Below, in pieces: positions 55,301 through 64,000 of a DNA stretch of 64,000 bases (its first letter is position 1; the number at the start of each line of letters is the position of its first letter). The notes below the pieces were generated by a model. It was given only the letters and a program-made list of their open reading frames with translations, searched no databases and had not been told where the DNA came from. Where the stretch lies: assembly GCA_964188305.1 (NCBI GenBank), contig OZ076898.1; one strand, written 5' to 3'. This DNA is from Podarcis bocagei (taxonomy: Eukaryota). The translations under genes and the position numbers were made by a program.

Positions 55301-58300
55301 AGCTTGTCTCAAGCCAGGAAAACATAGAAGCACTGTTTGAACACCCAACACCCACTGCAAACAAAATACTGTTCTCTAATTACTAACAGTGTGTGCTGTC
55401 TGATCTCTGAAAAGAGCGACCTGCTCATTATTTGATTCACTTTCTTTGCATTCAGCATTTACACAGCACTTTTTATTTACAAGGTGGTTCATCACCTTGA
55501 GAGGCAGAACCCTACTATCCTTATATTAAAATGTTAGCTTAGTGTACACGAGTATGAATGACTTGCCTAAGACATCATACCTAGGACATGACGGACTTAA
55601 AAGCACATCTTTCAAAACCAAACCTACCAAAACGAAGTGTATCTCAAAAGTTACACTAACTTTTGCTTTTAAAGTCATCCTTTGGCCCAACATTTGCATC
55701 AGGGGCAAACATACACAATATTTCATTTTGCAGAGCAGCCAGGCATTTAAAAGCTAGTCATAGTAAAGTTAAATAAAGGCATTGGCTTCTGACTCATTCC
55801 AACAGGTGCCACAGAGCATTTATCCAGCAAGTCCTCTGCCAGATTCATTCTCTTCCACTTTCAAAGCCATTATGCTCTGGCAGTATCCCAAATGGAATCA
55901 AATTTCTTAATCCTATCAAAAAAAAGTCAAGGTATGTGAATAAACATATTACAAATACATTTCCAGTGCAATCAAGCCATGCAGTTATTATTTTTATTAT
56001 TCAATTTATTACCTGCCCTTCATACTAAGGTCTGTAGGCAGGTTACAGCAATTGAAAGTACAATATTAAAAATACTTTTAAAAACTTATTTACAAAAAAC
56101 TGCAATCACAAAATATAGGGTGGGCTGAAAATATGTATCTCAGGTGTCAAATGCCAGAGTAAAGAAGTCCGTCTTCAGCATTCACCAAAAACTGTGTAAT
56201 AAAGTTCCCAGACACACCTCTATGGGGAGGGAGTCCCACAACTTAGGGGTTGCCACAAAGAATACTCTCTCCCCGGGCACCAAGCTGCTGAATGCAGCAC
56301 AGCTACCAAGAGGGCACCCTCTGCTGATCTTAACACCAAAGAGGGTCCTGGGGTGACTTTACAGGATTGAGTATATTGGCCGGCCCATACTGGATACATA
56401 GAATTTTGTAGAACAGTTGTTGTTGGTTTTTTTTAAAAAAAGGAATTTACTGGGCATTCCAGAAAGTTATACAAGGCACATTCAAGCTTAGGCTAAGGAT
56501 TTATATAAAGGATATTTAATATACCACAGAATCTTGGTTTTTGTTTTATAACAAAAATATATTAATAGCTCTTTATATTAAATTCCATAATTACCAGCTC
56601 CAAATCCGCATTAAGAACTACATACCTATGCATTGTGTCAAACCAACGGTCTACCTCATCACCTTATTTCTGACAGCTGACAGCCAGATACCCCCAGAAT
56701 GTGCAGAAGCAGGATACAGTATCAATGCTTCCACATCCCTGGAACCCCAAATTACGTATATAAGAAAGTTGTAGTTCATGAAAACATCAACACTGCCTCC
56801 CAAACAGAAGGAACTAAAACTGCATGCATGCTACCTCAAAACTGGCAGAACAGAGGTGGGAACTCTCAACCAGTTGGGCCTCCTGGCTTAAGCAGAGGTG
56901 TAGGTTGGTGCAGCAGATACTCCAGGCTCAGCAAAACAAAGAGCACTTCAGAGGGGCTGACCACAATGCACCTTTGAGCAAGGTGCCTCCATTCCCTTTA
57001 ACTGTGCTAGACTTGACTTAAGATATGTTGCTCCAAGTAAGGAAGCACTTCTCAAACTATTGTCCAGGGACCACTAAATGTCTGATGACACCTTATGGTT
57101 TGATGGATGCTAGCAGCTCACAACATACAAAAATACACAGGCACATGTGGGAGCAGGAGTTGGCTAGAATGGAGGCTGACACATGCAAAATTGGAGAAAA
57201 GGAAAAGGAAGGGAAGATGTGGCTGGCTGAATGCAAGGATAGGAAGAAAAACAAATAGAAAGGAGGAACTGAGTGAGAGGAAAAGGAGAAGCAGCACTGA
57301 ACCTTCTTGTCCCTTTAAACACAGCTTCCTTAGAATAAAGGTACATACTTGCTGGTGTGCTTCATAATGCTGCCCATGCAAGACTGAAAGGCTTCCATTC
57401 ACCAGATAAAAATCAACCCAGTTTTTTTTTAAGGCAATGTATCATGTTCCTTTAGGTCTTCCACGGATCTACCCAAACACAAAAACACATTTTTTATGGT
57501 AGTGCTGGTAAATCCCTCTTATGATTCCCACTAGATACAACCTAGATTAAATTGAAGTAATAAAGGCTGAAGCTACAGATTTAATGATTCCTGTGTGTTA
57601 AAACTCAATTGCTTTATCCTTAGAGCCATTCTGAAGGGAGTTATTCTCACCATTCTATAGACTGAAAACTAGCCCGATAGAGAACAAGGAGCATGAAATG
57701 TTTCCACAGGTTAGGAACAACATTTTAGACATCTGATATTTTTTAAGTCCTGCCCAAGCTCACCCAGTAAGTCCATTACAGAGCAAGGGTTTGAAACCTC
57801 ATCTCTCAGGTCCAGTATTCTATTCACTGGCACATACCATCACAGAGCTGGAAAGATAATCTAATTCAAGATCCCCAAAGAAGAATAATCCATTTCACCC
57901 TGCGTGCCCTTACCAATCAACTGTATTCTCCTCAAGCCACAACAGAGAAGCAAACGCATTTTTTAAAAATGATACTCTCAGAGCTCCAAGTGAGCTCTCA
58001 TCACAAAGACAAAAAAGAGTATTAATAGAAAAGCAAAACATTTTGCCGCATAGGCAATCCAAAATCAAACTGTGTGGATCTTCTCTTCTGGTGCGTCATA
58101 GGGGAAACCTGCTTTTGTGGATCAAAATGAAAACTTTATGGCATATAGAATAGCAAAAAGCAGATCTAATCAATTAATCAAATTGATAAGGAAATGTAAG
58201 AAATGTCTGTTCTCATTGCCAATGCCTGATAGATCACCTACTGCCTACACTGTTTCAATACCAAATGTTTTCCACTAAGCTGTGATGTGCGACGTTAATT

Positions 58301-61300
58301 CTGGGAGTAAAGTAAAGGGCCACACAGGAGGGAACTCCATTACCTGAAAGGATTTAACTTATGAAGGATACCATGATCACCACACCCTAAGAAGCCACAG
58401 ACATCAATTCTACTGACTGGATCCAACTAGCCACTGAGACAGGCTTCCTTATGACTGATCTGGGTCTCACAAAAGCCCAAGTCAGAGGCTGAACAATTCT
58501 GATGATAGTGCAAGTATGCATACAACCTGCTCTTCATAGGGTTGCACTCCCTTCTGAAGCTGCAGGCTTGCATGCTGGGAATATTCCTAGGCCCAAATGC
58601 ACCCTTGCATTTCCATGTGGAGGCAGGAAAGAGGAGCTTCATCCATTTCCTTGAGAAACCAAACCTCTCCTCAGTTATTCATACTCTGGTCACCTCCTTG
58701 TTAACTACTATAGCATGCTTTACATGGAAATACCCTTGAAGATAAGACTAGTTTAGAATGAGACTTACAGGGTACTGACCAAATACAGTATGGAAGATCA
58801 GATCATATTAAACTACTTCTTAGCTAGCTGCACTATTTACAAATTTGTTTTGAGGCTCAAGTTCTGAACATCTTGGGTCCAAAATATTTTAAGAACTGAC
58901 TCTCCAAGAACTTCCGCTGATCTTCTCAGAAACCTCTCCACCTTCACTTGTGCAGAAGAAGCGTGTGAGAGAGGAGGCCTTTTTTGATTGTGGCACCAGG
59001 TTTGGAATAACTCCCTGAGTTATACTTGACCTAATCACTGCTCACTTTTAGACAAGTAGCAAAGACTTCTACTACATATCAGCAGTTTTTAGAATATCTT
59101 TCTTAGCAATCTTTATAAATTGCCTTAATCCTTCAGAAATATATAAATATTAGAAATTAAACATTTCAGTCACCCTCTATTTTACAGCACAACCACAAGA
59201 AAGATAAATTATGCTTTGAATTTCGCAAAAGCTTTTAATACAGATATGGCTTGGCATGCCATTCAAAACTTTGAAAAGCAAGGCCTTCAGAACCGGAGCA
59301 TGACAACACTGAGAAAGCCAGAATAGGAAGTTCAATAATGGCAAAGTTTCTGGTCAGCTAACTGGAAAGATAAGGCATATAGTTCAAGTACAGATGTAAC
59401 AATCCCAATACAGTGGTGCCCCGCAAGACGAATGCCTCGCAAGACAGAAAACTCGCTAGACGAAAGAGTTTTCCGTTTTGGAGGTGCTTCGCAAAACGAA
59501 TTTCCTATGGGGTTGCTTTGCAAGACGACAATGTCTTGCGAGTTCCTGCTGGTTTTTTCCCTCCCCCCCCCTTTTCTAAGCCGCTAAGCCGCTTATCAGC
59601 TGATCCGATCAGCAGATAAGCCACTAAAAGCCGCTAATAGCGCTAATCCGCTAATCCGTCAATGGGCTTGCTCCGCAAGACGAAAAAACCGCTAGACGAA
59701 GAGAATCACAGAACGGATTCTTTTCATCTTGCGAGGCACCACTGTATTTTAACCACCATTATGAGATTATGAGGGATTGAAAGATAGCTTACTAGATCTT
59801 TCTGGCCCCTTGCCTCCCACAAGAATTCCCCTGCACTGCCAGTCTTAATTGTGGTTCCATGTTACATCAGCACTAATAGTAATCACAGATGATGCTAATG
59901 AGGTTCTCTCAACCATGGGAAAAACCTCAAATCCTGCTCTCAGCTCTTTGTTAAAAGGTAACCCTAATTTAAGGCTGGGAAGAGAAATCGTACTTGAGGA
60001 GGGAAGGAGCATGCAATCCTATGACTCCCACTATTTTAAAGTGTCATTACTGTTTTTAAAACTATGCTACTTTTGTGTAAGTCTTGCAAAAAAGTGGCGT
60101 ATACATTTACAAGTAATAGTAGCAATAAATAATATATTTTTAAAAAATTATCTGTCTGATGCATTCCATCCAACAGTCAACCCCGCCCCTCATGGTTAAT
60201 ATACCTGCTTCTGTGTACAGGTGATGGAGAACTGAATTCAGCTGATGGGCCAGATTCTTCTCTCATCACCAAGGGATGAAAGGTGGTCAAAATCCCCACT
60301 CCCCATCAGCTGCATAAGGAACATACTTTTGGCACACATGCAAAATCCCTGCTGAACTGAGCTTTCTGGTCCCCATCCATGTGCTCTCACCAGATATCAT
60401 GTGCTTTGAGCTTTGGAGAATCCAAAAACCCAGATGTGTTCCTGTCAACTCAAATGTACCAACATAGATTTAAAGAGGCAGGAATCTGCCCACCCGCCCC
60501 TGTTCAATTTTGATAAAATTCTCAATGGGGAGAGAAAAGGAGGTTTCAGCAGGTGGAAAGGTCACCAGGAATCCTCTTCTACCCCCCCCCCATATCACCT
60601 TTTGTATGTTGAAGTTATATATAAATGGCATAGGACTGGCTGACTGAGAGAGTCTAACTGATTGTCTACTCCATTCCCTTACTGTGAGGCAGACCACAAT
60701 CATGGAATCCACTGCAGTAACATGTAGCAACCAACCTGGATGACTTAAAAGAGGACATAACCACGCATGATAAGCTCATTACTTTGTCATGATGGCTATG
60801 TAGTATTTTCAGTGTTAAGAGGCAATGCTTCTCTGACCACTACTTTTTGGGCATTACAAGCAGGAGAGCTACTGTGCGTATAAGCTACCCATAGGCTCTG
60901 GTTAGCCACTGTGAAAATAGTGCTGGACTAGATGGGCCTTTGGCCTGACCCAGCAGGGCTCTTCTGTTCTTATGCTGTCACTACCACACACAACCACTGC
61001 AGTTCAATCCAGTGTGTCACAAAGAGAAGTTGCACCACAAAAAGCTATCCACAAAACAAACCAGTTTCAGATTACTCATTCAAGTAATCCAAGTCACACA
61101 TTCCAGAGGAGGGTGGATCATTGCCCAAGTTAAATCCTGATCAAAAAGTCATCTCTAGGGCATGTTAAATAGGCATTTTATCGAAGGCTGGCCTACAAAC
61201 TTACAACCATCCAAAACAAATGTAGCCTACCAACCATCTGTGCTTGACAGTCAGATACTCAATTCCCCTGCAGCAACCAAAACCATTTTTGCATCACTAG

Positions 61301-62316
61301 TGTAACACCATACATGGCTGGTAAACTATACCCATTTTTCAAGACCATTTTTCAATCTCTACAAGATTTTTGTAGACTTGGTACAAAGTATGTAGCAGCT
61401 GAAAATACTGAGGTGATGGTGCTGGCAGCCACAACAATGCCTCCTTAATCAAGCGTCTTCACTTTCTTGAAGAACTGGGACAAGCCATAATCTTATTAAA
61501 CCCAAGATTTTTATCACAATGCCCCAGTTCTCACGTAGCACTAAGCCAAACCATGGCTAAGCATGAATTAACAAGCTGCATAATATGATAGAGGAAGATG
61601 TTTTAAAGCAAAAAAGTTATAATGGCCTGGTTACACATAAGACCAAGCCAAATGATGGTTCCATATGCATGAGTACACAAAATGAAAACTAAAGGCATTT
61701 TACTCTTCCCCAGGCCCAGCTGCTGCTGAACAAGCCCAGGTTTGCACATATCTCCCCAAAGAAACCATGAGCAGTAAGGCAAGAACAAACCTTGGCTTCT
61801 ACACAGCTTGCGGTTTGTTTAGAGTGAGATAAACTATGAGCCCATGTTCGCATATAACACTAAGTCAAACCATGGCTTTGCTTTGGGTAATGTGACAGCA
61901 GCAAAACCAGGGGAGGAGCAAAGCAGCTGTGAAATTTTCATTCAGTGTACCCAACACATTTGGATATTCATACTTAGCCATTTTTTAGCTCAGTATTATG
62001 CACAAACCAAGTCATTATCTCTTTTTTACTTGAATACATTTTCCTTTCTAATATGCTGCGGATTTTAGACATCATCCAAAATGTAGAAGGGAGAGATTAC
62101 TTTAAAGTCACTATGTCAAAACAATCTGGAAACACTTGCTGTACAACTAATTATTTGTAACAACTCATTATTTGATCAATATTGCATCTGGAGACTGAAC
62201 ATACAGAAGCTACATGCAAATTCCCTCTTACCTTCATCTCCCTCCGGTGCATAAGAAGCTGTAATGATGTCGATGTCAGCACAATTCATCACAATCTGAT
62301 TAGTCGCCTGCTTCAC
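5283..62316 (-). CDS. NPEPPS: Puromycin-sensitive aminopeptidase (M1 family), spliced CDS exons 2-23; 5'-partial because exon 1 is outside the window
   Basis: 22 exons with AG/GT ends join in frame to 2505 nt (834 aa + stop). Motifs GAMENWG and HELAH...NEG are present, with C-terminus ...[11 protein letters not shown]. The protein is collinear with human NPEPPS as recalled. Confidence 0.98.
5833..6204 (-). mobile_element. Sauria SINE
   Basis: ACCTTT-type tail (ggtaaa on plus), typical body, tRNA-like B box (gattcgaacc); imperfect TSD ttcgagta/ttcaagta. Confidence 0.9.
6503..6693 (+). mobile_element. L2 LINE 3' end
   Basis: gaatgccctccc...gcccagagtggctggggaaacccagccagatgggcggggt followed by an (aat)n tail. 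Confidence 0.75.
7289..7336 (-). CDS. NPEPPS: NPEPPS exon 22 (48 nt) [16 protein letters not shown]
   Basis: Acceptor ttcAG, donor AAG|GTAAGA; 100-nt intron upstream. Confidence 0.96.
7437..7592 (-). CDS. NPEPPS: NPEPPS exon 21 (156 nt) [52 protein letters not shown]
   Basis: Acceptor tgcAG, donor AAG|GTGCGC. Confidence 0.97.
8729..9097. mobile_element. Tc1/mariner (Tigger-like) MITE
   Basis: TIR cagtggtaccatggttctcaaa / tttgagaaccaaggtaccactg; TA TSD. Confidence 0.88.
9254..9361 (-). CDS. NPEPPS: NPEPPS exon 20 (108 nt) [36 protein letters not shown]
   Basis: Acceptor ttcAG, donor TCA|GTGAGT. Confidence 0.97.
9894..9950 (-). CDS. NPEPPS: NPEPPS exon 19 (57 nt) [19 protein letters not shown]
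   Basis: Acceptor tccAG, donor AAG|GTGAGT. Confidence 0.96.
10337..10479 (-). CDS. NPEPPS: NPEPPS exon 18 (143 nt) [48 protein letters not shown]
   Basis: Acceptor atcAG, donor CCT|GTAGGT. Confidence 0.96.
10913..11132 (-). CDS. NPEPPS: NPEPPS exon 17 (220 nt) [18 protein letters not shown]...GWDPRPGE
   Basis: Acceptor ctcAG, donor G|GTACGG; overlaps ORF 10890-11171. Confidence 0.97.
11443..11765 (+). mobile_element. CR1 tail (attctatg repeats) followed by a second CR1-like 3' fragment
   Basis: tcttccaactctatgattctatgattctat; later agcttagatggcattaaaaagagattagatagattcatg. Confidence 0.6.
13892..14026 (-). CDS. NPEPPS: NPEPPS exon 16 (135 nt) [45 protein letters not shown]
   Basis: Acceptor ttcAG, donor TTG|GTAAGT. 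Confidence 0.97.
15056..15553. mobile_element. Non-autonomous hAT element (498 bp)
   Basis: TIR cagtggttttcaa / ttgaaaacctctg; perfect 8-bp TSD gtgtgaga at 15048-15055 and 15554-15561. Confidence 0.92.
16708..16847 (-). CDS. NPEPPS: NPEPPS exon 15 (140 nt) [47 protein letters not shown]
   Basis: Acceptor atAG, donor AAG|GTGAGC. Confidence 0.95.
18698..18831. mobile_element. Degenerate URR1-like hAT MITE
   Basis: caggggtggctaacc...ggccctccagat...ggact resembles 36647-36782; similar relics at ~31073-31274 and ~63375-63460. Confidence 0.6.
19411..19474 (-). CDS. NPEPPS: NPEPPS exon 14 (64 nt) [21 protein letters not shown]
   Basis: Acceptor ctccAG, donor G|GTAAGG; phase fits both neighbours. 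Confidence 0.94.
21435..21763 (+). mobile_element. Decayed L2 LINE 3' end
   Basis: ccctgtggaat...gctgaaaactttt..., AT-rich 3'UTR, aataaa tail. Confidence 0.55.
22771..22880 (-). CDS. NPEPPS: NPEPPS exon 13 (110 nt) [37 protein letters not shown]
   Basis: Acceptor cacAG, donor CAG|GTAGGT. Confidence 0.96.
26369..26429 (-). CDS. NPEPPS: NPEPPS exon 12 (61 nt) [20 protein letters not shown]
   Basis: Acceptor catAG, donor CAG|GTAATT. Confidence 0.96.
27548..27684 (-). mobile_element. CR1 LINE 3' end
   Basis: gaatcatagaattgtagagttggaagggacccc...tccaacctctgcttaaa. Confidence 0.85.
27933..28037 (-). CDS. NPEPPS: NPEPPS exon 11 (105 nt) [35 protein letters not shown]
   Basis: Acceptor cccAG, donor GAG|GTAAAT; carries the SYSKG catalytic Tyr region. 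Confidence 0.97.
28272..28436 (-). CDS. NPEPPS: NPEPPS exon 10 (165 nt) [19 protein letters not shown]...DNSHPIE, third zinc ligand Glu
   Basis: Acceptor cgtAG, donor GAA|GTGAGT. Confidence 0.97.
28956..28999. repeat. (GATA)n microsatellite
   Basis: About 11 perfect units. Confidence 0.95.
28958..29204 (-). mobile_element. 5'-truncated non-LTR retroelement with (TCTA)n tail, family unassigned
   Basis: 12-bp TSD cagtggataaga at 28946-28957 and 29205-29216; minus-strand AATAAA just before the tail. Confidence 0.75.
32113..32227 (-). CDS. NPEPPS: NPEPPS exon 9 (115 nt) [43 protein letters not shown] zinc motif
   Basis: Acceptor tacAG, donor ATG|GTACAA; overlaps ORF 31867-32259. Confidence 0.97.
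32917..32969. repeat. (TTA)n microsatellite
   Basis: About 17 perfect units. Confidence 0.95.
34262..34322. repeat. Compound (GT)n-(GA)n microsatellite
   Basis: Directly visible. Confidence 0.95.
34451..34605. mobile_element. Degenerate TcMar-Tc2-like MITE
   Basis: tttttccatctataaga / gtcttatacacagaaaaata imperfect inverted ends. Confidence 0.5.
35767..35800 (-). CDS. NPEPPS: NPEPPS exon 8 (34 nt) [12 protein letters not shown], exopeptidase motif
   Basis: Acceptor tataaAG, donor TAG|GTATGC; encodes GAMEN. Confidence 0.96.
35906..36002 (-). CDS. NPEPPS: NPEPPS exon 7 (97 nt) [32 protein letters not shown]
   Basis: Acceptor ccttAG, donor G|GTAAAG. Confidence 0.97.
36647..36782. mobile_element. 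Palindromic hAT MITE (URR1-like)
   Basis: cagg...cctg ends; perfect 8-bp TSD atctaggc; 40-bp internal inverted repeat. Confidence 0.92.
36796..37036. mobile_element. Tc1/mariner (Tigger-like) MITE
   Basis: cagtggaacctcggtttt / aaaaccaaggtttgactg; TA TSD; shares an internal motif with 628-835. Confidence 0.82.
37418..37618 (-). CDS. NPEPPS: NPEPPS exon 6 (201 nt) [19 protein letters not shown]...GKFALE
   Basis: Acceptor ggaaAG, donor GAG|GTAATG; overlaps ORF 37340-37576. Confidence 0.96.
39298..39405 (-). CDS. NPEPPS: NPEPPS exon 5 (108 nt) [36 protein letters not shown]
   Basis: Acceptor ttcAG, donor ATG|GTAAGT. Confidence 0.97.
39860..40225 (-). mobile_element. Sauria SINE, full length, CpG-rich (young)
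   Basis: ggtaaaggtaaagg tail, ggttcgaacc B box, 5' end ...cgcgtccc; TSD cctcaccctta at 39849-39859 and 40236-40246. Confidence 0.93.
40634..40755 (-). CDS. NPEPPS: NPEPPS exon 4 (122 nt) [41 protein letters not shown]
   Basis: Acceptor cacAG, donor GAG|GTATGG; overlaps ORF 40553-40753. Confidence 0.97.
43815..43892 (-). CDS. NPEPPS: NPEPPS exon 3 (78 nt) [26 protein letters not shown]
   Basis: Acceptor ttttcAG, donor G|GTAAAA. Confidence 0.96.
45369..45548. mobile_element. Tc1/mariner (Tigger-like) MITE
   Basis: cagtcatacctcgagtt / aacccgagtgtccactg; TA TSD; CpG-rich. Confidence 0.78.
45834..46014. repeat. (CT)n(CAG)n at ~45834-45871 and (CA)n at ~45988-46014
   Basis: Directly visible. 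Confidence 0.9.
46209..46404. mobile_element. Old hAT (Charlie-like) MITE
   Basis: cagtggttacccaac / gtttgggacctctg; TSD tactgcac/tactacac (7/8). Confidence 0.72.
47648..47979 (+). mobile_element. Sauria SINE
   Basis: 5' gggtggtgctgtggtctaaaccactgagc, B box ggttcaaatcc; 13-bp TSD tacacagattttt at 47634-47646 and 47980-47992. Confidence 0.92.
49168..49393. mobile_element. Tc1/mariner (Tigger-like) MITE
   Basis: cagtggtacctcaagtta / taacccgaggtaccactg; TA TSD. Confidence 0.88.
52807..53070 (-). mobile_element. CR1 LINE 3' fragment
   Basis: Homologous to 27548-27684 and extends further into the element. Confidence 0.8.
54772..55018. mobile_element. Tc1/mariner (Tigger-like) MITE
   Basis: cagtcattcatacctcggg / cccgaggtaccactg; TA TSD. 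Confidence 0.8.
55986..56345 (-). mobile_element. L2 LINE 3' end
   Basis: ttatt tail on plus strand, then gggagggagtcccacaac...gccacaaagaa. Confidence 0.6.
57615..57835 (-). mobile_element. MIR/CORE-like SINE relic
   Basis: ccattctatagactgaaaact...tgcccaagctcacccagtaag...gggtttgaaacc. Confidence 0.5.
59411..59744. mobile_element. Tc1/mariner MITE with internal palindrome
   Basis: cagtggtgccccgcaaga / tcttgcgaggcaccactg; TA TSD; repeated gcaagacga and gccgctaa motifs. Confidence 0.88.
60725..60974 (+). mobile_element. CR1-like LINE 3' end
   Basis: ctggactagatgggcctttggcctgacccagcagggctcttctgttcttatg; opposite-strand relative at ~46038-46188. Confidence 0.6.
62232..62316 (-). CDS. NPEPPS: NPEPPS exon 2 (85 nt) [28 protein letters not shown]
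   Basis: Acceptor tttacAG, donor G|GTAAGA; translation matches. Confidence 0.96.
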
Positions 62317-64000
62317 CTGTAAAATACACATTCAACTTTATAACTTAATGTTTCATTTAACATTGAGTACGGTAACATAAAAAAAAAAGTTTGGCAAGCT
62401 GTTGAAGTGAACTTTTAAAGCTGCTTCAATGCAAATAAAACCCAAGACCACTATTCTTCCATTCACACCTACAGCATTTTCACAGGAGTGATTGTTTACA
62501 ACATAGTGAACAATCATTATATTTATAACTTTATAGTGAGTATTACAATCTCACAGTGAGCAACTTGCTCAATACAGAATATTCCCTCTGGATAAGTAGT
62601 TTACCATACCTAAAGGAGAGCAAGGATTGCACAGTGGCTGGAAAGTCAACTGGAATCTGCAGCCTAAGCTACCCCACAACACTGTATCAGCTAGGGTTGG
62701 GAAAAGTCCAAAATTGTGGTCACACAAGTTCCTAGAAGTTTTAAACTGATACTCAGAAATCCAAAATAATTTTTCAGCTCTCTACATGCTGGTGCCTCTA
62801 CAGAAAAAGCTGATTTTCAGGAAACTGGTTGTTTATTTTAACCCTAAAATACTATTCAAGTTTTGCATGCACCGCAGTTATTGTTATTATTTATTAAATT
62901 TCTATACCACCCTTCATCCAAGAATTATAGGGTGGTTTACAATATAAAAATACAAAAATGCATACCAAAGTAACAAACAAGAACAATACCACCACAGTAT
63001 TATTATTAAAAAGCCACGAATCCCCAAATGATACAAATCTGTTCAAATCTCAATAGTGAATTCAGAAGACTATCATTCCCATCAACACCCATGCCCCCCC
63101 ATACGGTTCCATAGTTACTATGCATTGAGAACCAACTGGAATTAACTGACAGATCCAACACATGAAGGCCCCAACAACCAATGCTTGTCAGGCAAGTTAA
63201 ATTTTCAGTCTATCCAACAAGACTCCTTTAGCAAACTAGGTCCACTTAAATATCAAGCCAATATTGTAGCATGTCAATAAAGAGAAACAGCTAATCCATA
63301 TTTGACCCAAAGGGAATGGTGCCACATTTAACTTTAAAGATATACCTTTAACACCCTACACCAGAGGTGGCTTCCCATCAGATCCAGCCAGCATGGGCAA
63401 TGGTCAGAGCAATGGGAGTTAGGAATCCAACATCTTGAGTGCCAAATGTTAGCCACCCCGTCCTACACACTCCAGAACATATAATACATGAACAACCAAT
63501 ATGTGGCCCTGAACAACATGAGAGGCTGTTTTTGAATGTACCCTCATTGTCATTTAAATGTGATATGTTAATATTCTTGCACACACACAACAGTGCCTTT
63601 CAAGAGTGTGTGAAGCACCAGAAAACATTTACAGAAACCAAGTTAATGGTTACATATAATTGTTCAGCCCCATGAAGATCCAGAAACAAGGCATCAACAA
63701 ATTATGCACACAGGCAGTAGTTTATAGAAATGCGAGCTTGTGAAAATGGACTCATGCTAGCAGGAGTCAAATTGATTTCAATAAGGCTTCACTTACATGA
63801 TACGCTCAGGATTAAATCTTGTTTGAGAGCAACAAAAGCAAGTATCCAAATGCAGTTCAACATACGACATTTTATATTGCAGGCAAATAGAAAATGCAGA
63901 CATTAAATGCTTTGCAGGGAAGCAGATACATTAAGGAAAGAGCTATGCAATGGTGATTAATATTTGAAAGCCTCTTACAGAACTGGAAAATTTGTTTTCT

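Noticed and set aside
5436-62231. U12-type or non-canonical introns; intronic snoRNA or tRNA genes
   Set aside because: All 21 mapped introns are GT-AG without the GTATCCT signature. No convincing snoRNA or tRNA was seen by eye, and the B-box motifs belong to SINEs. A covariance-model scan would be needed to exclude them.

Overview
Vertebrate genomic DNA, most likely a squamate (lizard). The Sauria SINEs and the L2/CR1/MITE repertoire look lacertid, which is an inference. Nearly the whole window is one minus-strand gene, NPEPPS (puromycin-sensitive aminopeptidase, M1 family zinc metallopeptidase). I mapped 22 coding exons (numbered 2-23 by the human gene as I recall it) with canonical AG/GT boundaries and consistent phases. 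They sum to 2505 nt (834 codons plus TGA at 5283-5285), with GAMEN and HEXXH(18X)E intact. Exon 1 and the promoter lie beyond 64000, and there is no CpG island here. A ~1.4 kb 3'UTR ends near 3900. The introns hold Sauria SINEs, CR1/L2 fragments, many Tc1/mariner (TA TSD) and hAT (8-bp TSD) non-autonomous elements, and microsatellites. I see no convincing new biological system. The best leads are regulatory: a dense miR-181/miR-122/Pumilio/PAS/miR-27 cluster in the 3'UTR, a candidate 21-nt stop-containing microexon in intron 1, and inverted SINEs flanking exons 3-4.
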